DNA from: Eledone cirrhosa
Lineage: Eukaryota
NCBI GenBank assembly: GCA_964016885.1
Contig: OZ024743.1
Location: 329,778,001-329,842,000 of the forward strand
Direction: 5' to 3'
Length of the DNA: 64,000 bases
The notes under the pieces are model-generated. The model was not told the origin of the DNA. It saw only the letters and a list, made by a program, of their open reading frames with translations, and ran no database searches. Shown here piece by piece: positions 1-15,099 of this stretch. Each line of letters opens with the position of its first letter. Position 1 is the first letter of the stretch. Made by a program: the position numbers and the translations under genes.

Positions 1-42
1 AATAAACATATTGAAAGCCTTCAGCTATGAATTTGAAAATTA

Positions 43-423
43 ATCAAGGATATCATATACTCATGCACCGTCACAACTAGCAACTCTTCTGAAACCTATA
101 TAGGCTCTATTTCAAACTGCTTCAAAACCAGATACAATTCGCACCTCCACTCTTTCAAAAAACACAGTCTAGCCAACTCCACTTCACTATCTAGCTACAT
201 ACACTTTCTAAAAACTAAAAATAAATCTTATACACTTAAATGGGAAGTGATAGGTAAGGCGACATCGTACAAACCACCTAATAAATTTGGTAACTTCTGT
301 CTACTAGAGACCCATACTATTATCTTCTCAAACCATAACCTCCTTAATAAAAAATCAGAAGTGTTCGCGTCTTGCCAGCACCGCTTCCGACACTCCTTCC
401 AAAACTTTAAACCCAATATATAG
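43..423 (+). mobile_element. Penelope-like element (Nematis-like) GIY-YIG endonuclease C-terminus, relic
   Basis: Frame 1 reads IKDIIYSCTVTTSNSSETYIGSISNCFKTRYNSHLHSFKK...LKWEVIGKA...CLLETHTII...LLNKKSEVFASCQHR, then a stop at 421-423. It has the IIY..YIG..R...H motif and a C-terminal LLNKxSE..CxH typical of PLE endonucleases. There are stops upstream. Confidence 0.8.
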
Positions 424-1887
424 CAATGTCAGACTTGAACCCGTCACCACCTCTAGCAACACACCTCAAAGGCACACCTTACACCACATCTCCACACTCA
501 ATGATCCACCCTATCTTGACACAAATAGTGACATCTATCTAGAACCTTTTACCCTAGAAATATCCACATGTACATCTACTTTTGGTATAATTGCCTTCAA
601 TTACTTAGACTACATTACACCACTATATAATTAAATGTAAACTTTAAACACTGAATTGCTTGTGCTAATGTTGTTCTGTGTATGGAGTGCCATCATTGGA
701 TAAATGGAAGATTAATTTATTAACATAAAAGAGCTATATAACCTATATGCTGAGTACAATGAATTATGTACAAGTGATAAATGAGTTATACATATATGTA
801 TGACTTGATAGTCAGATTAGTGACATTGTAAGTGAGAATTGATCTCTGGTCTACCCTAGAGATATTTAACTTTGCCATGCAATCAGACATGCACTTACCC
901 AGAGCTTACCAGGGGTTATATATAGACGTGATTCTAATAAAACCCTGCCAGGTTCTGTGGGTAGACTACACTTACAAAGATCATTGATTTGGGGATCTGA
1001 CTCTTCATGTGGTATATTCAGTTGTGGCACTCTATGATAGAGGATAATCATCCTAATATGGACGCCTTTAGTACTTCTTGATAGACTAGACTGTAATTTA
1101 AAGATAGGATACTTAAATTTAGAAACTGTTTATAACCATATATGATAGGGACTCAATTGGGACACCATTTAATGTACATTGGGATAATAAATTTAGTTAT
1201 AGAAATCAGCTAGTTACCTCCCCTCACGCATTAACTCCCCTTAATCACACACACATTTCCGGAAAATAAAACGATGTTAATTCTCGCAACAAAAACGACC
1301 TGCTCTATAAAATTGGATTAAAGAACAACAAGCTGTAATAATCTAACCTAATTCATCAAGCATCCAATACTGAATCATCGTTGATTATGTGAAGGACATA
1401 TAATCTGTATATTACGTTTCCTGGATTGTGAAAATGGTGGTTTATACGAAAACCATAACATTATTTTGCTTCTCATTTTTAATATTTCTCTGCACAAAAG
1501 CTTCTATATCATACATTAAAAATACTTTACCAATACAACCCCCATAATACGCTTGATTGCCCGCTTAAAGTGCTTGTATTCCATATAACACCTTGCCGCA
1601 CTATAATCTTATATAAATAAGACACACGTGCATGTCCCACGTGTAACTATTGCATACACTAACTACTTCAAACTATCCTCTTGCATTATCTTCGTAAACT
1701 GCCGATGTTGTATTTTAACTTTAATTTTGTTTTAATTTTCTTTTAATATGATTTTAATCTTTGAATGTAAATTGCCATGCTAAAATATTATAATGGATGT
1801 CAACCCGCTGTGCATCGATATATACATATGTTTCTGTATGTCTCTTGTGTTGGAAAGGAGGTCATGTATGTAAACAATCATTGAAAA

Positions 1888-1939
1888 ATTGCTCCGAAGA
1901 CACCAAACCTCGGTTTGGACGAAACAATTGTAAGCTAAT
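1888..1939 (+). ncRNA. Minimal type I hammerhead ribozyme, U4C core variant (probable pLTR of the upstream PLE)
   Basis: gct-CCGAAGA-ca ccaaac ctcg gtttgg ac-GAAA-caattg-TA-agc. Stems I and II pair and stem III is palindromic. Confidence 0.65.
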
Positions 1940-2136
1940 AAATGGTTTGAACAGAACTTTGATTCATGTAATGTCTATATAACTGCTCTGTAGAACAACT
2001 GATGTTATTACATTGAGCTATTTATCTTACTGGTAATAAGGTAGTTATAAATTATTGTCTTTCACTGTTTAGGGCTTAAAATATATATAACTATAAAAGG
2101 TTTTAGTATATACATAACCATAAATAGTATCCTTAA

Positions 2137-2251
<115 letters not shown>

Positions 2252-2409
2252 ATAAATTCTTAACACATGATTGAAGTGGTGGGGTGTCGCTGAGACTTAC
2301 GATATTTTTTAGTCATTTCTACTTAAGGGAGTCCATTCCACTCCAGGTCTCACCACAGTCGATATTAAGAAAAGGTGAGCGAAAGAGGAGAAAACGTGAC
2401 TTCATTATT

Positions 2410-2597
2410 GGTGACTTGGCAGTATCGGTAGAGGGTCGGACGCCATGCTTTGACGCAGAGAGTTACGGCCCTTGCCATTCTGAGTACCGAAACCGCTGAG
2501 GTTAACTTTGCCTTTCATCCTTACGGGGTCGATAAAATAAAGTACCAGTAATGCACTGTGTAATTGCTGGCCTTGTGCCAAAAGTAGAAACAATTAT
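2410..2597 (+). mobile_element. tRNA-derived SINE, dominant family of the window (octopod-like)
   Basis: Consensus ttggcagtatcggtagagggtcggac...gagttcaaatcc (B box, decayed in this copy)...gcctttcatccttacggggtcgataaaataaagtaccagta...aaagtagaaacaattat recurs about 15 times in the window. Confidence 0.85.
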
Positions 2598-2949
2598 TAA
2601 ACTGATACTTTATTTATCGAACCAGAATGTCGACTTCGTTGGCATTTGAACCCAGTGTTTAGCGAGCCGTCATTCTATTCGAGGTATATATACACTGACA
2701 CAAACATTCTACTTGAGCCCGTTTAACTAGCAAATTTATGTTCATAGGCTTAAGAAAAACTTTTAAAATGAAGAACATTTGAAATATATTATTTCATAAA
2801 ACGATTTATATTTAACGTAGCTTCGTTAATAAAGAAACCGACAATTGGAAACATATGTTCCATAGAAGAGATTCTTACTTAGATGGAGTACAAAATATTA
2901 ATCAAATGATATAAAAAAAAAAAAGCAATCAATTATTCTGAACATATTC

Positions 2950-3330
2950 TAATGCGAATATAAGCGGCTGAAATGGGGTTCCTTCGAAGGGTCTTTAAAG
3001 TAACGTTACTCGAAAGTGTGTAGCCCAGAGATTAGGGAGTCACTTCAGGTAGAGCGGCTACTTCTCTGAATTGAGAGATCACAGCTCCGGTATTATGGGC
3101 ATGTGATGAGAATGTCTCAGGACAGATTTTACGGGCAAAACAAACCGGCAGGAGACCCAGCGGTAGAACCACGAGAAAGATGGTTGGATAACAACAAAGA
3201 GCTTGGCTGGTTTCGTTTCAGGATCCAGCCAGATAAATTGGAGGCGGTTGCTTCTCATAAGATCCACCATAGTGAATGTCTGAGGACAGCCTCCAAGATT
3301 CTCCCAGGAATAAGTGGACGAAGAAAGATA
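2950..3330 (+). mobile_element. RTE-like LINE 3' fragment
   Basis: Translates AAEMGFLRRVFKVT...SQLRYYGHVMRM...RERWLD, a typical LINE C-terminus. Its end aggaataagtggacgaagaa recurs nearly identically at about 56764. Confidence 0.7.
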
Positions 3331-3539
3331 TTCTAACGACACAGACATAATGGCCTTTCCATGATAATATAGGATATATAGCTCTCTTACAACACGTCAC
3401 ACGACAACATACGATATATCGCCTGGTTACAACTCGTAACGTGGTAACATGCGATATATCTCTGTTACAATATGTTACATGGTGACATAGGCTAAATAGC
3501 TGTTACAATACTTTCTAAAGTCTAAAGTCTGTGTCTGGG

Positions 3540-3755
3540 CTGAAGGAGGCTCATCAGGCCAGTGCTTCTCCCTGCTTAGTGGCGAGAAACGACTGACAGT
3601 AAGAATCACCCATCACAGGGTTAAACATCCAGCTATTACTGGTACTCATTTTCAGTAAACTGGAGCAACATGAAATGAAGTATCTTGCTCAAGAACACAA
3701 CCCACAATGGAATCCAAGAATCCAACACCCTTACCACTAAACCGCGCGCATCCAC
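3540..3755 (-). mobile_element. tRNA-derived SINE, second family
   Basis: The minus strand starts gtggatgcgcgcggtttagtggtaagggtgttgg (A box) and has tgtgttcttgagcaagatacttcatttca, shared with the copies at 34152, 37840, 55850 and 59096. Confidence 0.65.
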
Positions 3756-3901
3756 TACACTACGTTACTTAGCAATATATATATATACGCTATATATACA
3801 TATACGCTATATATATATATAACTTTCTGTTGCAATATACAATTTACATGCTAACAAAAACTATATAACTGTTTCAGTACGTTGCATGTTAATTAATACA
3901 C

Positions 3902-3957
<56 letters not shown>

Positions 3958-4364
3958 TATATTTTGAGAATAAACTCTCAGTCGTTTACAATAATTAAGC
4001 TCCAGGAAAAGGGGCTCTTCCGAGCAGTTAAATACATTTAAAATATATGATAAACACGAAATGTGTTTATATTGCAACAGACAAAGTTAGCTATTAATGG
4101 AATAAACTAATTAAAGTGAATACAATTTGTCTGTCTCGATATAAGTCAATAAAGACAAGATTATAATGGCAACGGCCATGATTCCTGGACAGATTTAAAT
4201 TTCAAAATTCAAACCTGTTCCGTAGACGAATTTGAACCTCGAAACCTAAATAAGTTTCGCAACGGTGGAATGTGAATTGAAAAATAAAGAGAATCGAAAT
4301 GGAATAGAAATAAAAGAGTGAAATATCCAAATCTTCTGTGCTTATATACATATATATATATAGC

Positions 4365-4408
<44 letters not shown>

Positions 4409-4409
4409 G

Positions 4410-4453
<44 letters not shown>

Positions 4454-4454
4454 G

Positions 4455-4502
<48 letters not shown>

Positions 4503-4537
4503 GCTATATATATAGATACGCTATATATACATATACG

Positions 4538-4593
<56 letters not shown>

Positions 4594-4924
4594 GCTATAT
4601 ATATATATACGCTATATATACATATACGCTAATATATATATGTAACTCTGCTACAGTACATAACATACGCCACATAGCTCTGCTACAATACGTTACATGA
4701 TAATATACGCTACATATAGCTCTGTTACAGTATGTTACACGTTAATATACGTTACATATCGCTCTGTTACAGTATGTTACATGTTAATATAGGCTATATA
4801 TATTAGCTCTGTTGCCGTACGTTATATATTAATATACGTTATATATAATTCTGTTATATATAATTATATATATAATTATATATAATTATATATAATTCTG
4901 TTATATATAATTATATATAATTCT

Positions 4925-5091
4925 GGCGGTGGATTGGCAGTATCGGTAGAGGGTCGGACGCCATGTTTTCCAGCATATTTACGTCCCTTTACGATCTGAG
5001 TTCAAATCCGGCCGAAGTTGGCTTTGCCTTTCATCCTTACGGGGTCGATAAAATAAATACCAGTAATACACTGGCCTAAAGTAGAAACAGT
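4925..5091 (+). mobile_element. tRNA-derived SINE, dominant family
   Basis: Matches the consensus at 2410, with gagttcaaatcc B box. Confidence 0.85.
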
Positions 5092-5174
5092 TATATATAA
5101 TTCTGTTACAGTATGTTATATGTTAATATACGCTACATAGATCTGTTACAATACATTATATGTGGTAACATATG

Positions 5175-5214
<40 letters not shown>

Positions 5215-6085
5215 GCCTGAGATCAGTCTCCAGCGCCTTCCCTTTAAGTCTTCTGTGTAAATAGGGATCCCAGTCATCAATTAAAAGCTAAACAATGCAG
5301 TACACCCTTTATAATTTCTATCATTTATGAAACTTATGAGGGTGTTTACACCAACAAAAGATCCATTGTAAATTTTGAAGCTGATATGCAGGCATAGATA
5401 AATAAATAAATAAGCAGCAGCAACGACAAATATGGAAAAGAAATAGACTTATCAGAAAATACAGCCTGAAGCATGAGAGGAAATTTCATTGGATAATCTC
5501 ACGAAAGAAATAGGTAAATAGATGTTCGCTGTGCCATTCATAACAACCCACATTTTACTGAATTAGCTGAAATAATTCTCACAAAAGGCAACAGAATTCT
5601 TTGTATTCTTCTTGATTCCTGAGGCAAGTCGTTAAGGAGTTTCTATGTAATCTTGAAACGAACGAGTGTTGTGAAGGATCTGAGAAATTGAGCAATAATT
5701 TTTACCTGCAAACCTACAATAGCGTTCATTTCTAGTTCTTTATTGTTATCCTATTGGTTGCAACAATTCCTGCTTTCATTTAGTTGCTCAGTAAAATAAA
5801 CACTTCAGTTTTTAGAAATGATATATTTATATCTCTATAGCAACATAGTAGCAATGCTGCCCACTGTTAATCGCTTTAAATACACACACGCAAACGCACA
5901 CACGCACATAGCAACACACACACACACACGCACACGCACAAACACACATAGCAAACGCACACACGCACATATACACACATACGCACACATACACACACAC
6001 AAACACACACACACGCACACATACACAAACACACACACGTGCACACACACGCACGCACACACTCACACACATACAAACACACACG

Positions 6086-6118
<33 letters not shown>

Positions 6119-7214
6119 GCGTACACAAACCGACTGACACAGACACACACACATAGACACACACATATAGACACACACAAGCACACAGAACCACAGATAC
6201 ACACACACAGATAGACACACACATGTGGATGTGTGGGTAAAGAGTTTGGTTGGCAAGCACGTGGTTTCCGAACCTGTCCTGTGCAGTACCATAGTAAAAA
6301 TATCTTTTACTATAAACCTGGGTTGACCAAAGCCTTGTGAATGAATTTCTGCGTGTACGTGAACATGTGTGCTTGTGTGCCTGTATGCATAAGTGCATGT
6401 GAGCGTGCGCTTAAATCTGCGTCAATCTTTAGGTACTGCGCGTAGTGCTCCCATGAAAAAGTGATCCAAAATGTAAGTAATCTAATCTAATCTAATCTAA
6501 TCTGGCCGAGTTTACACTCGCAAATAAGAAGAACCAGGGCCGCCCCTAGGAGCATTGGATTTGGTGTACTACATATTGTTTCGGTTGCTGAATACAATCA
6601 GGGGTCGCTGCTTCTCCCGAAGGTCAATAGTTCTCTTCTAACTCGAGCGGAAGCGCCTTCCCATTGTCAATGTGCATTGATCATCTGCAAAGCCTCATTG
6701 TTCTCAGAACCACTACACCAATTTCTCGATGCGTGCAGCTGGAACTACTGCCACCCATTGATTTGGCAGGATTTTCTTTTTTTTTTAGATGGCCGTTGAC
6801 TCTCATGAGTTCTTCCGCCCTTTGTCAGGTTTTGTTTTTTGTCCTGCGGGGTGTCCAAAATCACCCTCCTCACCAAGTAAACTTGGTGGGATTGCCGGTT
6901 TAGTCGCCGACGACCCGACCATGCGATAGGTTGTACTGGGTTACATGTTACCAGCAGCACTCAAGAGTGACCTGACGTAAAATGTAAGTACCAGACTTGA
7001 AAATAAGTACTCAGCATGGCGTCAGTCTAATAGATATAACAATTAAAAGAATGTGTACATACATACGAGGGGCTACTGAAAAGTTCCTGGTGTTGGGTAC
7101 AAAAGAATTCAGGAGGATCAGTTATTATGATTTTATTCAACAGAAAATAAAACAAACATTACAGTACAATGTAGATATATATTTGTTAGTTTAACGCGTG
7201 ATATAGTAGGAAAA

Positions 7215-7252
7215 GCATTGACCGTTTCAAGTGTTACTCCTTCATCAGAAGG
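7215..7252 (-). ncRNA. Minimal type I hammerhead-like motif
   Basis: Minus strand: cctt-CTGATGA-agg agt aac act t-GAAA-cg-GTC-aatg. The core is intact but stems I and III are weak. Confidence 0.5.
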
Positions 7253-7348
7253 TGGAATAGACTGAGAGAGGTGAGTGACAAGAGGACGAAATAGAAACAT
7301 TTTTTTTTACAGAAAAAGCATGTGTGTGTTCATTGAGCCATATATATA

Positions 7349-7389
7349 TCTATATATATAAAACTGAGGATGTGTGTGTGTGTGTATGT

Positions 7390-7481
<92 letters not shown>

Positions 7482-7935
7482 CTGTGTTTGAATACCTAAA
7501 ACTCGAGAAGTACCCAACCGATTTTTTTCAAACTTTACATGTGCATTCCTTATGTTTAAGAGAGTGTTATGCACATAAAATTCAACTTTTTGATCCTCTA
7601 GGGCCCGCATTAGGTGAAAACCTGCGTTTTTTAAAGCTTTTTAGGGGTCTTTTGAGGCGTTACGTCAGACCGATTTCCTTGAAATCGTAACTATGTATTA
7701 GTCAGTCTCTTCTTCATCCCGTGAGCAAATCCAACTTTTGTATGGCCTAGGGCCCGCATTAGGTGAAAACCTGCATTTTTCCTACTTCATCGAGGAAAAT
7801 CTTAAAGATTATCCAGCCATCAGAGTATTCGGTTAATTTTCTTTACATATTGTCCAGGCATACAGTTTTTCCACGATTAGGTATGTTGGCGTCCCAAAAT
7901 ACCTTATCTCGTGCAACGCCGGGTACTACACCGGG
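7349..7935 (+). mobile_element. Helitron-like non-autonomous element
   Basis: Starts TCTATATATATAAAA then (GT)n. Internal direct repeat ctagggcccgcattaggtgaaaacctgc at about 7598 and 7748. Subterminal GC-rich cgtgcaacgccgggtac. A terminal CTAG was not clearly seen. Confidence 0.55.
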
Positions 7936-8365
7936 GGTTATTTCCCTTGCTGGAAATAACACGTGACTACTATATATATGATATGCTGCACCTAGCGGTA
8001 ACATTTAGCTTCTCGCCCCGTTCTTTGTTAGAACGAAAACCTGTTGATGAACTGAATCCTCTGTTCGATCATGAATACCACGAGCTTGCCAGTCACGTAA
8101 GTCTGATATTTGATTTCGGATTCATAGAAACACTTTAAACGTATAACATTTGATTTGTCCAGGTGTATTTTTCTCAACCTGTTAGTTCCTTCGTTACTTT
8201 GGTATTGTGTGTTGATTTTGCCTACCACAATGTTCAATTTGTCAAGCTATTTAAACGTATGTTATTACTCTGAGGACCTACCTTGTCGAGTGCTTTGCTA
8301 ACTCATTCACATAGTAGGCCGAATTTGCTTGCACACCGCCAGAGATTCGATTTTACTAAGTATCC

Positions 8366-8422
<57 letters not shown>

Positions 8423-8578
8423 GGATAACAAGTTATCGTTTTAGGTAATCCAGTTAGAGGCTATGAGTGCTCTGTACTATGGATAGTTTTAACGTACGGC
8501 GTTGTGTGACTCAACAAGGGGTTTCCTTAGTCAGGTAGCGAGTTTACGCGAATTCCCATGTATGTCATTCTTGGAGTA

Positions 8579-8908
8579 ATAGTAGAGAAAGAGTGAAGAA
8601 TAACATGGTTGGCTGTTCAAAAAGGATTTTATTTACAGTACTAACAATTGTTTCATTGATCAGGTCTAAAGGCCGCTGATCACTCGCAATTGCGTCATTC
8701 GACCTTAAATACAGTGTGTGTCTCTGATCAAAATCAAATCATCGGAATACTCCGATGATTTGATCAGAGCACACACTGTATTTAAGGTCGAGTACGCAAT
8801 TTCGAGTGATCAGCGACCTTTAGACTCACCTGATCAATGAAACAATAGTTAATACTGTAAATAAAACCCTTTTTGAACAGCCGACCATGTTATTCTTCAC
8901 TCTTTCAC

Positions 8909-8914
<6 letters not shown>
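8579..8914. repeat. Fold-back (about 165-bp arms) carrying two divergent hammerhead motifs
   Basis: The arms are reverse complements around tcatcggaatactccgatga (axis about 8748). Each strand reads CCGATGA-tttgat...ctgatcaat-GAAA-caatWg-TT-aRtact. Confidence 0.85.
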
Positions 8915-8944
<30 letters not shown>

Positions 8945-9096
8945 GTAAAGATCCTCTTCGGTCACGAACGACCTTCCAATTTTCACCTACCTAATATTTG
9001 TATCTATCTAGCTTCTATCGTACACGTTGTATTTGCTTAAGAACAATTTCTTACAATTGTTTCGTATATCATATATTAATGTTTTAATCATCCATC

Positions 9097-11860
9097 TTAT
9101 TGAGTCATCTCTCCATCGAAGGTGAAGCATGCCACAAAGTTCTTGTTCCAGACATCTTGATCTCTCATAACAACAAGAAGATACTGTCGAGTGAGGCCAG
9201 TGTCCCCCTCCGCCAGAGCCCTGATGGTTGTGTTTGGACGTCCCACTCGCCGCTTTGCATGGTGATCAGAGAAGCAATTTCTCTGCAGGTTCATAATAGC
9301 GGGAAACATGTCCAATTTCGATGAAACTCGTGGCACATCACCATAAAGAACGTTGTTGGTAGTGTGGATTTGTCCCGGAATGTTGAACTCCACACGTAAC
9401 ATCTTGGTGTAGGAACCCTCAATTGTCATTGAGAGCGAGGGGAGGGGGGGGGGGGTGATTCCGACCCATGCAGTACGATGGTTTCGACCACAGCTTTGTA
9501 CATTTTGGCCTTCGTAGATCTTTCCGGACTTCTTGTAGTGAATTTATTGCACTTTTTGCATGATCAATTCTGGTGGTCATATCTTGTTCAGTGTCAATGG
9601 AACCACCCAGATATATAAATCCTTGAACCAGTGCGATAGGTGAACCGCCAGAAGTATATAGTGGACTGAAAGTGGGTGGATTCAAATGCTTGAATTTAGT
9701 TTATGAAGCATTGAAAAACACCCAGTTCTTGGCAGACAATCTCGACACGATGGATGCGGTACTGAACTGATTCGATGGTATCTTTTAGAAGAGCTATGCT
9801 ATCTTCATAGTCAAGATCAGAGAGCACATTAGCTTGATAACGGCGACTACGACCACTCTTGGTGGTTATACCGTCAGTATCTGTGATGGCAGTATGAAGG
9901 GCGTTGTCCAAACATTGCAAAAATGTACGGAGCATGTTGGTCATCCTGCAAGGCACCTATATCGATTGTAGACATGAAGGTTTCTCCTTCAACTGTAAGG
10001 ACAACATCTGAGGTGTTCTTATACATCACACGAATAGCAGCAACTACACCAAGGGTAATTCCATAATCAGGAAACGTTTGGTACAATCAACTGAATTAAA
10101 GGCTTTAGGGAAATCAATAAATGTTAGAACTGCTTCCTTGTCATAATCATTAAGCTCTTCGACAATTTACATACAGCAAGAAGGTGATATGTTGTGGATC
10201 TACCTTTTTGGAAACCGTTTTTAGTTTGGACGAACAACTGCGTCGATAACTGGACAGATTCTGTTCAGTAAACAACTATTTGAATATCTTTGAAGCAACA
10301 TGACTGGGAGATGTGCCTGTATATGCCTGTAAAGCGTAAATGAGCTTTCTTTGGAATTGGAGAAAAGCCTGATACGTTCCACGCCTAGGGTCTATTGCCA
10401 TTTTAAGTTTCATTGCAGAACTTTCAAAGGACCTTCATCTTGGGGAGTTTCCAGAACTCTAGTGATAAGCCACCAAGAGCAAGATTTTAAACATTTTTCA
10501 AATGCCGGACTGCTGAGTTGAATTCATCTTGCGAGATCTCTTTGTTTGATTTTTATTAAACGTGTTGAAGATCTTATTAATGGGAATATTAGTTTCAGAA
10601 GTAGTTGGAGCATTTAGGAAGTTCTTGAAATGATACTCCTAGGTTGTGAGGAGATCTTCACCCACGGTAAAGTTGATTTCTAATAAAGTTATTTCTGTGG
10701 GGAGCTCATTATGACATGCTGGGAGAGCAGGATTTTCAAAGTAGAATATTATTTATGATTCTGTCCTCAGAACTGCCAAAAGTCGAACGTAGATTGTTCA
10801 GTGAATCTTGAATGGCTGGTACTGGCCATTTCTACGGTTGACTGGTGATGGTAGAAGCCATTGTCTGTTCTAGCATTCATGTCTTCCCAAATGAATAGAT
10901 AGTGTGGTGGGACTTCGTCAATTGTGTTGCTCAACTTTTGATAGAAATGTACAGCCTCTTCAGTGAGGTGAATAACAAGAAATCACTGTTGTTTTCAGAT
11001 TAAAGGTGGCTACAAGAATGTATTCATCAACTTTCCTGGTGGACAAAAGAAGAAGTAACAGTTTAGTGTTGACAGCGAGGGTTACACCACGAATAGAAGC
11101 TCCACGATTATTTCGCCCAGCAAATGTAAAGAGAGTTGTTGCTCTAAGGATATGAAGGACAATGCTAGGATCCGATTCACTGTACACAAGGCGATGTTCT
11201 TGAATGCAAGTAATTGATATGTTGTAATCATGCATTATTTTGTTGAGTTCAGCTCATGAAGAGTCAGATCCTAGTGACCTGCAGTCCAGAGTGGAAAATT
11301 TGAAGGAATGGTTTGGTCAAAAACGGTCTTTCGTCGGTCGAGGTTAAGAACATTGCGCCCTAATGGGTTAAAGCGAGGCCTGTCATCTAATGCTGATGCA
11401 GTAGCAGTATGTCATAATTTGAAGGGCTGAAAATCTAGGGTTTGAACTGTGGTGCTTGTACTAGACTTCAATTTGCTTTTTCTAATGGCCAGAATATATG
11501 CAGCTCACCACACCTGCACCGACCCATTGTTGAATTAATAGTAAATCATCTGCGAAGCCACTGGTGTTCACGATGCTGAGGAGCTCTTATTAAAATGATG
11601 GTCGCCGCACGAAATACTGCTTCTAGGAAACAAGCAGGATTTTTATCGAGGATTACTCCTCTAGATCCGAACTGTTCTGCTAGACTATCCCATGTTAACC
11701 GTATCAGAGGCACCCGTGGAGGATGTGACACTTCACCACGCAGGTAGGTTTTCGAAGTGAGAGAGGTTAAGTGCTCAGCTTGAATGAGCATATACCTGGG
11801 GACTACGGGAACATCACAAATGACAATCCAGTGAAAGCTACTACAGCTCGGCATACTCTT
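9097..11860 (-). mobile_element. Degraded LINE (RTE/RTE-X-like) with AP endonuclease and RT remnants
   Basis: Minus strand fragments: ITCIQEH and VISCYSP (APE), FIDFPKA and LSDLDYEDSIAL (RT), GFIYLGG and RRVGRP (C-terminus). Many frameshifts. Confidence 0.75.
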
Positions 11861-12212
11861 AAATTAACGTATGTAATAGTTACACACACATTTATATATG
11901 TTAATTAGTTATTCATAATATTCAAATATACTATAAAAAAATTTATTTTTATTTTTAAATCTTAATGTTAACCTTAAGTTTTAATGTATCTAGTTTAATT
12001 GTTATATGCTGCTAAAATATTTTTAATGATGTTCAAATAATTAATAGCGTTTGTCACATGACCCCATCAATGACCGCCATTGTTTATATTTTCATTAAAG
12101 ATGTAGATCTCTGAAGGTACAACTTACGGGATGACTAAATAAAGTACCAGTAACGCACTGGGGTCGATATAATCTACTTTTCCCTCCACACGGGCCTAAA
12201 CCAGAAACCATT

Positions 12213-12399
12213 GTGGATTGGCAGTATCGGTAGAGAGTCGGATGTCATGCTTTGAAGCATAGAGTTACGACCCTTTACAATCTGAGTTCAAATCCCGCCG
12301 AGGTTAACTTTGCCTTTCATCCTTACGGGGTCGATAAAATAAAGTACCAGTAATGTACTGGGTAATTTGCTGGCCTTGTGCCTAAAGTAGAAACAATTA
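12213..12399 (+). mobile_element. tRNA-derived SINE, dominant family
   Basis: Full match to the consensus at 2410. Confidence 0.85.
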
Positions 12400-13994
12400 T
12401 TTTGTTTCTCATTTTTAATATTTCTCTGCACACAAGCTTCTATATCATACATTAAAAATACTTTACCAATACAACCCCCATAATACGCTTAGAAATATAA
12501 CTTTTGGGGCAAAATTTACTCTCGCTGTTTAATCTTCTCATAAATACCAGTCAGACAAGGAGAGGGTCAGGGCGACCAGGTTTAGAAAATGCCCAAGAAA
12601 CGCTGTATGCCAGTACGGTGTCCCTAAGACCCCACCAAAAGTTACGGGATAAAACAAGCAAAAATAAAAAACATATACCAGTCATGAACTGGTGTCATTT
12701 CAGCTGACTGCTTACATCTTTTGTATAATTCGTTTTACTTTTTTTTCTGCCCAACAAACCACCATTCCGTCTTCAGCGTATCGCCATTAAAAAGTCAGAA
12801 CATCTGTCAAGTGAACATTTTTTATTGCTTTTTCACACCCACCTCTCTCACTCCACGTGATTTTACACACTAGCAACGCTCTATTTCAATATCTTCTTTT
12901 AATTATTTGGTCGATAGAGCAGTCAAACAAACGCCAAGCGTCACTATCAGATTAAAAGATGGCCACCGTGTTCCACGTAAACACGCAGGCCCACTTATAC
13001 AAACACAGCCATAAAAAACATTCACACATGTACACAACCATAAACACGCACACACATATTCACGTATACATACAACTATAAACACACACACACATATTCA
13101 CGCATACATACAACCATAAACACACAAACACATATTCACGCATACATACAACCATAAACACACACACACATATTCACGCATACATACAACCATAAACACA
13201 CATACATTCACGCATACACAACCATAAACACACATAAAACCATACATACACACAAACACACATTCACTAATATAAATACACTCACATTCACAAAAAAACA
13301 CACATTCCCTACCAAACAGTCAAACAGAGTCACAATCTTAAATACACACACACACAATCACAACCATGACACACACACACTCAGACACATACAATCAATC
13401 ACAACCATAATACACACACATTTACAACCATAAATACACACGTCTGTCTATATAATTTACTCTCTTACATATAAAGAAACACTCAGATATCCGTTGATAT
13501 GAAAACAGACAGACTCATACTGAGAGTGGCAGGATATTGTTGGCAGGTAATCATCGCAAGATGGCCGCCTGTTGGGCAGTGGGACTATTGTTTTTTCCGA
13601 TCAAATGTAGCAGAGTGCTTGTATGTCAGGGAAATTGTTATCACTGCTGTCCACAAAAGCTTGCTGGTAACCACTAGTGAGCGATGTTAAGTACACTTGA
13701 TTCGTATCACAGATAGAGACTACTGATTGGAAAACAACGATGATGTCATGTCATTTGTGCAAGTCTATATGAATATATAGTAAAGTACACACACAAACAA
13801 ACACACACACACATACAAACACATACAGACACACACATACATACAGAGACACACACACACGTACACGCATATCTTAAGTGACAGGAAGTGAAGTATTGTT
13901 CAAATAAACGTTGACCAATACATTCGCACATCTATATACATCTAAGTGTGTGTATATATGTATATATATATATATGTATATATATATATGTATA

Positions 13995-14866
<872 letters not shown>

Positions 14867-14873
14867 ATATATT

Positions 14874-14994
<121 letters not shown>

Positions 14995-15099
14995 GTGTAT
15001 ATATATATGTATATATATATATGTATATATATATGTATATATATATATGTATATATATATATGTGTATGTATATATATGTATATATTTATATATAAAAC

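Noticed and set aside
8041-8148. Hammerhead-like TTGATGA...tgaatcc/ggattca...GAAAC...GTA
   Set aside because: Stem II pairs, but C3 is lost without compensation and stems I and III do not form convincingly. It may be a decayed copy and was not counted.
8266-8350. CTGAGGA-cctac...gtagg-ccGAAT
   Set aside because: There is no GAAA and no stem III-UH-stem I arrangement.
11660-11760. Possible HDV-like ribozyme at the 5' end of the RTE-like LINE
   Set aside because: Only a tcctcc loop-like motif is visible. The nested double pseudoknot could not be assigned by eye.
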